Shown here: piece by piece, positions 53,021 through 64,000 of the stretch
How positions within the stretch are numbered: the stretch's first letter is position 1
Layout of the letters: the number at the start of each line of letters is the position of its first letter
Source of the DNA: Chrysomallon squamiferum
Taxonomy: Eukaryota; Animalia; Mollusca
Direction: 5' to 3'
Length of the DNA: 64,000 bases
Assembly: GCA_012295275.1 (NCBI GenBank)
Contig: CM022672.1
Location: forward strand, 30,752,001 to 30,816,000
Program-made: the position numbers and the translations under genes
Notes under the pieces: model-generated
Told to the model about the DNA's origin: nothing
What the model saw: only the letters and a program-made list of their open reading frames with translations
The model's database searches: none

Positions 53021-55524
53021 CATATTTTTCTATTTAATTATATTTAAGGTTGGTCAAGTGTGTGTGTGTGTGTGTGTGTGCGTGGGTGGGTGTGTGTGCT
53101 TGTGTGAATTATAGAATGAATATGTAATTAACAGATATAAATTTATATACGTCTACAGTTAGTTTTCTGGCAGTCAAGTTTACGCTCTCATACGTGTATC
53201 TGATATTTTCTTATACAACATAAATAATATATAACTTACTAAAATGTTATTCAGAACTGGCTGATATCTGATCTTTTTTCCCTTCCTTTCTTGCATTTTT
53301 AAAAACAAAAAATATATATATATACATTATTTAATATAATTATAATATTATATCATACCAAACCTACTGTAAGTTCTTAAGTCAATCCTCTGCTAGAACC
53401 ATTGTTCTTTTTCTTTTTTTTTTTTTTTTTTTTTTCCAAAGGTTTAAAATATAAGTGATCTGACAGTATTATTAAACATATTCAAATCAAGACAGTACAG
53501 AGTAACAGAACCAGTTTTAGAAGAACAAAACAGTTTAAGATTTAAAGGGAATGGTCTCCTCTAGATTCTCGCGTAGAGCCTCCCTTTAACAATCACAATA
53601 TCTTAACACATTTTAATCCAACGCAATACAGCTCAAGTCTTCCAATATCTTCACTTTCCCAGGCTCAATATTTCCTTACACTGTCAAATACCAGGGAAAC
53701 GTTACAACTTTCAATATTGGCCATTGTCGACATTTTGCTTGTGTTGACTTTAATTTGCCTTTTTCTGGCTTGTCGTAGTGGTAGCTGTTGAAAGCTGCTG
53801 CAACGACAACGACCCAGAGGTCAGTGATGATGCATGCCTCGATGCCGTTTTCTCGTGTTTCATTATTAAATGTTTTCCGATGTGGTTATTTACGATGGAG
53901 TTTTTAATTTTCTTTTTTTATTAATTTTTTTTCCTTAAATTTCTTTTTTGCCCTACTTTTGTCACATTATGTCCTCGAATTATTAATGATGTGAGATAAG
54001 ATATCCCAGTGGAATTGGAAACCGAGTTTTATTGCTACATTCCTGTGGAATAACGTTGATTATAAATTATGAACGAAGGACAGAAAATAATGAAAAACAT
54101 GGAAAGTGTGAAAAAATTGCGTTAACCTGAGCGCGCGTGATGATGGAATGAATACATGCACGCACAAACACACATATCCAGAAACATTATTTTCTTGTTT
54201 AATTATTTTTTATTATCAACATTATGACTGTCGACGTTTTTTTTTTTTTTTTTTGTTTATCTGATTTGAAGAATTCAGTTTTCTATTCATTTATTTATTA
54301 TTACATACCTATATATATACATACATACGTACATACATACATAGATATATATATAATTATAGATGTATATGCATATGTCCATTTATTCATTTCTTGTTAT
54401 TTTACTTTCCCTTTTACTGTATGTACATGGGCGCATGCTTTTTTTGTGTTATGTGTGTTCATGTCACGTGAGTATAAAGGTGAATATAAAAGTGTATATA
54501 CATTTTTGTGCTTGTCTTTATATGTAATTTTTAAATCATTTTATTTATTTTTTTATTTTGTCAGTGTGTCTTATATGTGCGCTAGTTTTATTTTCGCTAA
54601 GTGTTAAGTTATTTTGTTTATATCTGTTAGTGTGTTTGTATATATATATGTATCTGTTAGTGAGTGTATATTCATTTGCATGCATGGTAAACGAGCGCGC
54701 GCATACTTCTGTTTGCATGTGTGTACTCGTGTTTTACACCGGGCTCTGTTCGATACTGAAATTCCTTCAGCAAAATCTAATTTCCTTGCTCTTTCCAAAG
54801 CAGCCAGCTAATTTTACACCGGCCAGTGTTTCTTCTTCTTCTTCTTAACCGGCGCCAGATGGCATTACGAGATCAAGTCTCTAAGCGCACTCTTTTTCCA
54901 CAGCGTATTATCGTCCGGAAATCCGCACCTCGGTCCCAGTCATGGCGGCGGCGTGAAAATAGAATGTTTGAATTCCCAAGCGGTATGCTAATTCGACACC
55001 AGTGCACACAACAGACACAGACTGCAGCTTCACACCTCGTTTCAGCGTGAAGACGAGGCTTCGTCAAAAACAGTTCTGTGCTATTTAATAAGCAAGCATA
55101 CACGTTACTGTTAAAAGGGATTTGCATTTATGAACGACGCTGTAATTATGTTGTGTTGATTAAATTACAATCCGAATTAATAACATTACAACGGTGAGTG
55201 CAGTAATAATGACGACAGCAGTAGTAACAGTAGCAGCAGCAACAATAACGACGACATCAATAATAATGATGATGATGATGATAATTATGATAGTAATGAT
55301 GATAATGATGACATTGATAATGATCGTGATGATAGTAATAATGAAGATGATGAAGACGATGAAGATAAAAAAGTGATGATAAAATGATGATGATGATAAC
55401 AACAACAACTGCAACAGCAACACCAACAACAACAATAATTACAAAGTAAATATATATAAAATAATAAAGATTTCAGAATCTAAGGAAACGCTGAAGTCAG
55501 TGAAAATATGGCAAACTCCTGAGA

Positions 55525-55735
55525 AATATTTTGTAACCTTAGTAAACAGGATATTTTGTAATCTACAAAATACAGACATAGTTTGAAGACTTTGCAATCT
55601 GAAAATACAGTTTGATTATTTTGTAATCTAAACATTTTGAATAGTTAGGATCGTTTTGTAATCTAAAATCTGCGGTTAGATTATTTTGTAATCTAAAAAT
55701 ATAGATTGAAAATTTTGTAATCTAAAAATACTGTT
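55525..55735. repeat. Degenerate tandem repeat (ttttgtaatctaaaa)
   Basis: About seven copies at ~30-bp spacing. Confidence 0.75.
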
Positions 55736-56259
55736 TGTTACTGGCGCAGATAAGAGGAAAAAGTAATGAATTATCTATAACCTACTCTAATTTAGATCTA
55801 TCGTAAAACACAAGAAAATCTATTAAAAATGAGCCTGAATACTGTAGCCGCTGTCAGTCGAATTTGCAGTGGATGAAGTCTTGACCACGGTTGCGATGTT
55901 GCTCACGTGCACGTTTCAGTTTAAAAGTTTTAATTCAGAAAAGAAAGATTCTATCTTCGATGTTTTATAACGTAATAGCATAGGCATTGATCAGGGCAGA
56001 TTAGTTAAATATAATTATAGAAAATAAATAAGTTAAATATAATTGCTAAATTTTTACGAAGGAGGCAGTTAATAAGGTGAGTGAGTCCAAACATTGACAG
56101 ACATCATCTGGAAACTAAAAATTAAGGAAACGTCGTACAGTCACAGTTTGTCATTGACAGTTGTAGTAGTAGTAGTTGTTGCTATTGTTGTTGTAGTAAT
56201 AGCAGTAGTAACGGTAGAAGTAGAAATAGTAGCTATAGTAGTAGATGTAGCAGAAGCAA

Positions 56260-56317
<58 letters not shown>

Positions 56318-56539
56318 TATAGCAGCAGAAACAGCAGCACTGGTGGTAGTGGTAGTAGTAGTAGCAGTTGTATAATAGTAAAATAAGCAACAACACTGGT
56401 GATATTATTAACAGAAGTTGCGGCAATAACAGTACTGACAATAAAGAATTACATAACTAAAGAAATAAAATTATTATTTTAAATACAGAAAGCAGTATGA
56501 ACTGTTACAGTTAACTTGCCGCTGTTACAGCGCTATTCT

Positions 56540-56635
56540 GTCTCGGGCTGAAACAGAAAAATAGGAAAAACGTCAGCTGGCGCGAATCGATCCACCGACC
56601 CACGACACGTCAAGCCCGAGCTCGGCATCAAGCAT
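56540..56635 (-). mobile_element. Degenerate tRNA-derived SINE head (similar copy at ~52570-52660)
   Basis: gaatcgatccaccgacccacgacacgtcaagcccgagc and gaattgatcctgtgaccaacaacgcccggggcgagc resemble each other and reverse-complemented B-box-containing SINE heads; neither folds as an intact tRNA. Confidence 0.35.
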
Positions 56636-56749
56636 GATTTGTGACCCTACACAGAGAGACAGCCTTGTCTTGGGCAAAGCAAAAACCAGAAAGCCCTCTT
56701 GACAATTCTTAAAATAACACGAAACAAGTTTTAAATCATTGGCTAAGAA

Positions 56750-57066
56750 TAATCCTGCTTAGGAAACAAAACATTTCTACGGCTGGCCTGAACATCAGCT
56801 GGCAGAAAGAGAAAGAGAGAGAGAGCGAGCGAAAGCGCGCGCGCGGGAAAGAGCAGCCGGACTGAACTGAGTGAGTGACTGCGCGAGCGGTCGACAGTCG
56901 CTATTCGGGCGGAGCGTATCGGAAAAATCTTGCACGTCACAACAACCGCACGTGGGACAGTTGTAGTCTCGCAGTTAACGAAGCGAGATGCAGGTCTGGG
57001 CGAGCCTCTTTTGGAAATAGCACGTTTCTGCGAGCGAGCGAGCGAGAGACGCTAGCAGTTTGACCA
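56750..57066 (+). promoter_or_regulatory. CpG/GC-rich promoter and 5' UTR of an unidentified gene
   Basis: Sharp GC/CpG island (gcgcgcgcgcg, gcgagcgagcgagcg) in AT-rich background, directly upstream of an ATG exon with a strong donor. Confidence 0.6.
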
Positions 57067-57136
57067 ATGGTCTGCGGGTTTAGCATGAAGTACACTTGTC
57101 AAGTTCTTGTAGCTTGCTTCCTGATTTCAGCGACTG
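57067..57136 (+). CDS. Probable first coding exon of a secreted or membrane protein: (MVCGFS)MKYTCQVLVACFLISAT signal peptide
   Basis: In-frame ATGs at 57067 and 57085, basic residue then hydrophobic core, and a phase-1 donor G|gtgagt at 57137, typical of signal-peptide exons. The rest of the gene was not identified in the window. Confidence 0.6.
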
Positions 57137-58656
57137 GTGAGTACAAAGTGAAGGAATTGTAACAGTTTTACGTTGTGTTCGTCTGCGTCACTCACTTCCG
57201 TTTCTTTGTTTTCTTCGTCTCTCGTTTATTTTTATTTTCTTATTATTTTTTTATTTTTTTTATTCTCCTCCTTCATCTGATAGGCACGTTTAGAAACATA
57301 ATCATCGTAACCTTGTTCACTTTTCTTTTTTCTTCTTCTTTTCTTCTTCGTATTTTTTAATATACGAAGTAACGTGTGCTGTTATCACTGTTGTAAACTT
57401 AAGCAAAAACCTATCGTACGTAAATAGTTTTTTTTCCTCTTCGTGAAAAAACAAACACAAGACAGAAAGATGTGTATACGTATCTTGTTTTGCGCAGCAG
57501 GCTCTCTGATAAGTTGCCAGTTCTGGAACAAACTAGTTTGGTTTCTTAGAATAACTTGCTTTATGAATAATTATTAGCACTGTATGTTTATTTAGTTCTT
57601 AACAGTTCTTAGAATTCTGTTGTAATATACACTGGAGTGAAATATATATATATAATTATTAGGACTACATATTTATATAATTCTTAATAATTCCAAGAAT
57701 TTTATTCTAATATACATTGAATTATATCTCTATATATGTGTGTGTGTGTGTGGTATACATCATGTATGTATGTGTGTGTGATGAATTTCAATATTTAAGC
57801 AAGCGAACACGTAACATCTACGTTATCACAGCCTACAACTGATTCTGACATTTTTATCACGTTTTTACGCCAGGTGTAAACACGTGTCATACGTAAAGTA
57901 ATAACAGATTGCCAGATTACGCCAAAACTGTTATATCTTAATACATTTTTCTTCTTCTGTTTTTTTTTGACTTGATGTCTCGTATGTGTGTTTATATTAT
58001 ATCTACGCATGTAAATATGAATGTATGTACGTGCATACGTATATATGTATGAATATAATACTTAATATATATATTATAGTATGTACTGTAGTATATATTA
58101 ATGTATGTATATAATATGTGTTTATGTTTGTATATGTGTACATGTGTGCGTGCGCATGCATCTTATAATAATAACGAAAAATATAATGTTGGTCAAGACA
58201 TGTACATACGTGCTTGTGTGGGGGAGTCTGTGTGTGTGTCTATACACACATACACCATACGCACAGACATATATACAGATAATTAATAGATGTGTAGTAG
58301 TTGTAGGTTAAGATGATTGAGTAAACACACACGCACAGGCAGACAGACAGACGGATAGATAAAAATAACATTTATCGCACTCATTTGACCCGTATTTTCT
58401 TTATACAAATACTTTAACGTAATTAAAGAGAATGTTTTACCGTGGCTGTTTTCAGTTTCTATTGTGATGTGACTGACGTTAATTGTGAATGCTACGTTGC
58501 ATCACAATATGAACTAAATGAACCGTTAAGCCTAAGCACAATACTCGATAATTCGAATCAAGTGTGTACATGTTAGTAATGTACTCGAGTTAACTGATTT
58601 TGTTTATCAGTTTTGTGTTGGTGTTTACTTAATCTTTACACTATTTTGTTTTTACG

Positions 58657-58762
<106 letters not shown>

Positions 58763-58797
58763 ATCTCTCTGTTACTGTGTTTCTCCCTGTGTCTGTT

Positions 58798-58895
<98 letters not shown>

Positions 58896-59685
58896 ACTGG
58901 GAGTGTTTATGTGGTATCCAGTGTAAAAATCTCTCTCTGTTATAAATCTCTGTTATTTCTATATCATTCGTTATTTCTGTGACATTAACGGTACTTGTAA
59001 ATTTTAATCTAAATCTCATCCGCGTTCAAACCATCTCCGCGAACCCTCGTTAAGATCGAATTTCATTCGACTTGATACCGGTTTTGGTTTTGGTTTCGGA
59101 TTTGCACGTGAGCGGCTGTACGGGGGTCACGAAAGCACGCGTGCCCGCACCATAAATGTTTAAAATTCTCTTCGTGGGCAGGCAGACGTGCATACCTGTC
59201 GATTTGTTGTCGATCGTGGACTTTCATTCACCGAAAGCAGACGACTGTTTCAGTCAATTATTTACATCCATTTTGTGCCTGAAAAATTAATCATTTATTT
59301 ACAGGCGTGTCCTGCTTAAACAAAAGCTAATTCGCTGGTTAATGATGTATTGCGCTTTTGTTCCAGAATCTTCCAAATAAAGAGAAAGAAAAAATAAACC
59401 GAAACAAATCAAGAACGTATTTATAGAACTTTTGTTTATCGAGTTTGATTTATGGTCACGCTTCAGGTATTTTTGGTTTTCTTTGATTTAACGGTGAATG
59501 ACAAGCTGTGGTTCAATCAGTAGACTGAGGTGTGGTAGCTTCCAGGGTCAATTCAGTTCGTCACTACTTTTCGTGTTAATTCATGTTTCGACAAGTAAAA
59601 CATAAACAGTTGATCTATGTCCGCAAGAGGATTTTTCTATTTCTGTTCGAATATAATGATAGGTCAGCTAGACCTAATACATACA

Positions 59686-59721
<36 letters not shown>

Positions 59722-59821
59722 TATACACACACACGTGTTTTATATATGCTTGAAGGTGTGTGTACGAGCATATATATGGTCTAGATATTTTTTGTATGTA
59801 CGCATCTATATAATCTCCATA

Positions 59822-59940
<119 letters not shown>

Positions 59941-60287
59941 TATGTTTGTTTGAATATACTGTATATTTATGGTAGTGTGTTGTGTATGTATATGTATGTG
60001 TATGTAAGTACAAACATACTATATTACATTTACTTCTGAATGCACTTTTATATGTGAGCAATAATCTGAATAATTGTATAAAAGAAATTAGAATAGCAGC
60101 TACTTTCAGACTGCCATTTTGTAATTAAATTTATTTTATCATTTTAGTTCTCTTTACTTTATAATTAAATTTTTAAAATGTAGTTAGTGACCGAGATGCA
60201 CTGTTCAGTTCTGTATTCTCTGCGGTCCTGATTTGAATGTCATGCAGTCGACAATGATAAATTTAACATTGGTCTGTAGAGCAAAAA

Positions 60288-60427
<140 letters not shown>

Positions 60428-60564
60428 GTATAATCACAGGACTCATTATAACACTGAAGTCTGAGATGTTAAGACAGTGTCAGTGAAAGTAAGTATATAA
60501 ACACTGCAAGTGTGTGTGTGTGTGTGTGTGTGTACTTACGTGTTGTTGTTTTTTTTGTGTACAG

Positions 60565-60576
60565 AGATCTGTGCCA
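60565..60576 (+). CDS. Candidate 12-nt microexon completing the signal peptide (..T-E-I-C-A)
   Basis: ttttttttgtgtacag|AGATCTGTGCCA|gtaagt; phase 1-1, compatible with the 57136 donor. Confidence 0.45.
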
Positions 60577-60735
60577 GTAAGTGTTTCTGTTTCAAGTGTT
60601 ACAGTAAGTATTTCTGTTTCAAGTGTTACAGTAAGTGATTCTGTTTCAAATGTTACAGTAAGTATTTCTGTTTCAAGTGTTACAGTAAGTATTTTTGTTT
60701 CAAGTGTTACCGTAAGTGTTTCTGTTTCAAGTGTG
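60575..60735. repeat. 27-bp tandem repeat (cagtaagtatttctgtttcaagtgtta) x6 starting at the microexon donor
   Basis: Directly visible; each unit contains gtaagt. Confidence 0.92.
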
Positions 60736-63700
60736 GAATGTGGTAGGAGTTTCTGTCTGTTTCAACTGTTCAGTTTCTTCATTTGCCTCTGTCCACTCAT
60801 CTACATAATCTGACCTTATGATGGCAGTGTATACACAAATAAATAAAGAAATAAACAACCCATTCTACCTGACAAAATTGTTAATAATGAATAACAAATC
60901 TCTAAGTAAAGTTCGAGCTTACTTATACGTCATGCCAGTTCCTTTCCTCTTTATTATGACGTCATGTGACGTCACGTCTCTTAGAAATAGTTTTAAACAG
61001 AGATTACACAGTGTAACTTACATTAATAATTTATTTACTGAACTTGCTTACTTACTAACGCTATTAATACTACCAGTATGTACCGCTGTGAACCTGGATA
61101 AGTAATAACTGTACTTTACTTGCTTTTCTACTTCTGCCTGCTTGAATGTGTTCATACTGACAGTCAAAACTAAACTATGGTGTTGTTAGGAAATGTTAAG
61201 GCCCGTCGCTAAGAATAAGGTAGTATTTTATTTATGAAATATTCAGCATCTTTTTATTTCAGTTGATAAGTTATATCTTTCGTACTTCTAGTTCAGTACC
61301 ATACAGATAACAGTAGAAGAAACTCGCTATATTTTAGTATACTCATATTCTGTTAACAAGGAGTAAGGGTTGTTTTTGTATGCATATGTCCAAAGATATG
61401 ACGTCACAAACCACAGACCTTAGAAAATAGTTATAACTGCTGGCATGAACGGGAAAAAATACTCCTTAAAGATACGCTGTTGAGATTATATCTTAGTAAG
61501 AGAGAGGAGTAAACAGACCAGTAGGCACAGACCCACGATTTTTTTATTTCTTATTTCATTTCTCTTTATTTTTTTTTTTTTTTTTTGTATTATTATTTTT
61601 CAATTTCGCTAACTGATCCTGGTACAGATAAACCTTAAAGATTTTTTTTTATTTCTTTTTATTATGTTATGTGAAAGTACACATACGCGCATACACACTG
61701 ACAGACACACACACACACACACTTATATCGATACATACATTCATACATAAATACATTCATACATAAATACATTCATACATATACACATACATATATACAT
61801 ACATACAAATACAACTACAAACGGTACAATTTGGTATTTAGCACAGTGAGAGTTTCAAACGACGCCACTGTTTCTTATCCACTGAGCACTTTCTGTTAAA
61901 CTGGACTGGTATCTTTGATATGTGCTTGTGGTAAGTTTATCTGTAAGATGGGCGTCTGATATTTACCCAGGGGTGTAATTTCAGCGGTTGCCATAGGCGC
62001 TGTTTTCCATGGATACCGTTCACCAACATGGATCTAAAATCAGCTGACTCGGTTAAAACATCGGATGTTCAGCTGGACAGAAATGTGTGAATAATTCACT
62101 AAGTCACTAATTCACTAATCCAGGCAGTGCGAGCACCACAGGCGAGTTTAACCATAGATTACCATGATTAAAACACTAACATAGATCGCTAATCCTAAAA
62201 ATACCAATGACTGCTAATCCTGAAAGGTTAACAACCGAAAATACAGCTATGTCGATAATATGTCTGTACCGATAATACACTATTCCAAACCAGAGTAAGC
62301 CTACCCTGGGTATGCGTTCTCTGCATACCTTGTATTCTAGTTAAATGGTTTCCAATCAACAAAATAAAATTAAAAAAATAAATAAATAACCTTTAGATTA
62401 ATATTAATTGCTAATAGGAAATGTGCCTGGCCTTCTTCATACATCTTATTCTATATTTTTTTCAAAAACTGTTAGTCTCTAATTTGTATTTTGGTATGTA
62501 GGTCTCTCTTAAATTAATGGTATAAGTCTTTATTTTATTTTATTTAATTTTTTAATTTAGCTTTTTATTGTTTAGCTTTAGCTTATTTATTTGCTATCTT
62601 TATTATTAAATCTCTCGAGTTTCGTGTCAATGGTGATGTAATGTGCGATTCAAGATGTGTAAATAGATAAAATACATATTTGTGTACATAGACCACAATG
62701 GTTGCATTTCCAAGAAGAAAAAGTAATAAAAAAGATGATGATGAAAACGACAAAAAAAAAAAAAAAAAAAAAAAAAACAAACAAACATCGTACGCAGATC
62801 AAAATGAAGAAAAAAGCAACACTAATAATTAGATGAAAAAGGAGAAAAAAACAGAAGAAAAGAAAGGTCACGCATTAACAAAATAATCATTAAAACAGGA
62901 AAGGAGAAAAAATCGAAAGAGAAATAAAAAAAAATAATAAAAAAAATGAACATTAGAAACTAAGTAAAGAAGGGAAAAAAATTATAAAAAAAAAAAAAAG
63001 GTGAAGAAAAAAAGGGGGGAAAAAAAGACAGAAAAGGAAGGAAAAAAATAAAGCAGATCGAATGTCAGTCTGGTATTAAATCTCGACTGAACAAGACTGT
63101 GGCATTTATGTTAGTGAAACGGAAGTGTTTAAATCAATCACTGTTCGTGTTAAGCTACGCGCCAATTTAGATCACGTACGTTTCTGCCAGAGAACTGACG
63201 TAAACCGCCGACTGTTTCTAATGACCGACGGAAATTACCGAACAGTGAACACGAACGTGTTGTTATTTATAACGTTGTGTTCTGATTTTGTATGTACAAT
63301 TACTGCTGCTGCTATTACTACTACTACTAGTACTACTACTTAATATGCTAATGCATATAGTATTACTAATTCTAGTTTTACCATTTTTATTGTTATGTTT
63401 TTAACAAAAACAATAATAAAAAAAAAGAAGTAAATAAATAGATAATGATAATAACAACAACAACAATAACATCCATAAAATAAATAAAAGGTGTATAACA
63501 TACTAAAAAAAAAACAAAAAAAAAATTAAGAATTAAAACTTGAAAGAAGAAAAAAAGAAAAAAAAAGAATCTTAATTTTTCTCTTGATGTTCCTAATACG
63601 TAAACTACTATTATAAATTAATAACTGCTTCTTTGTTTTCTGTACTGTTATATTCACAATATTTTTCTTTCCTTCACGGTAGTTGATTTCTGCTGTAAAT

Positions 63701-64000
63701 GTGTTCCGCTTAGACACAATTGTCTGTAACGTAATCGTTGATTTAACACCAGACGCCAGTCGATTACGCCATTATGACACATCGCATCAAGCAATTATAC
63801 GTTTCTCTGACCGAGGCGCGAAAATTGATCAATACTTCTTATGCATATTACAGTTTTCACAGACACATTAGGCGGCAACAATTTTCCACTCTCTTTTATT
63901 TTTATTTTAGCTTGTATTTCATTTCTTGTGCATAATGCGCTTTTCTCAGACGCACATTATCCATTAACCGGTAAAGCTATTATTATTTTTATTCTTATTT

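Noticed and set aside
59305-59330. Possible second exon of the 57-kb gene after tttacag
   Set aside because: Stop codon after eight residues in the required phase.

Overview
AT-rich, microsatellite-dense animal genomic DNA. An invertebrate origin, possibly a mollusc, is inferred from repeat style and intron structure and is not proven. Almost all ORF-track entries are simple-repeat artefacts; the real genes are spliced and were assembled by hand from GT-AG junctions and reading phase. (1) A divergent, 26-exon major vault protein gene (+, 9420-26685, ~844 aa) has one junction that cannot be joined canonically and a candidate extra cassette exon. (2) Casein kinase II beta (-, 38442-29691, 221 aa) carries two tandem paralogous copies of the exon for residues 59-97 that must be mutually exclusive. 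Candidate RNA stems enclose one copy, and a hairpin-masked AG|GTAAGT site lies between the two. (3) POLE3/CHRAC17 (+, 40608-47505, 202 aa) is head-to-head with CK2beta and hosts a decayed Kolobok-like transposon with a nested hAT-like MITE. (4) A Tigger/pogo deletion derivative lies at 49707-50470. (5) The probable 5' end of an unidentified secreted or membrane protein gene (+) has a signal-peptide exon at 57067-57136 and a 12-nt microexon at 60565-60576. The most notable system is the mutually exclusive exon pair in CK2beta and its candidate cis-regulatory RNA elements.
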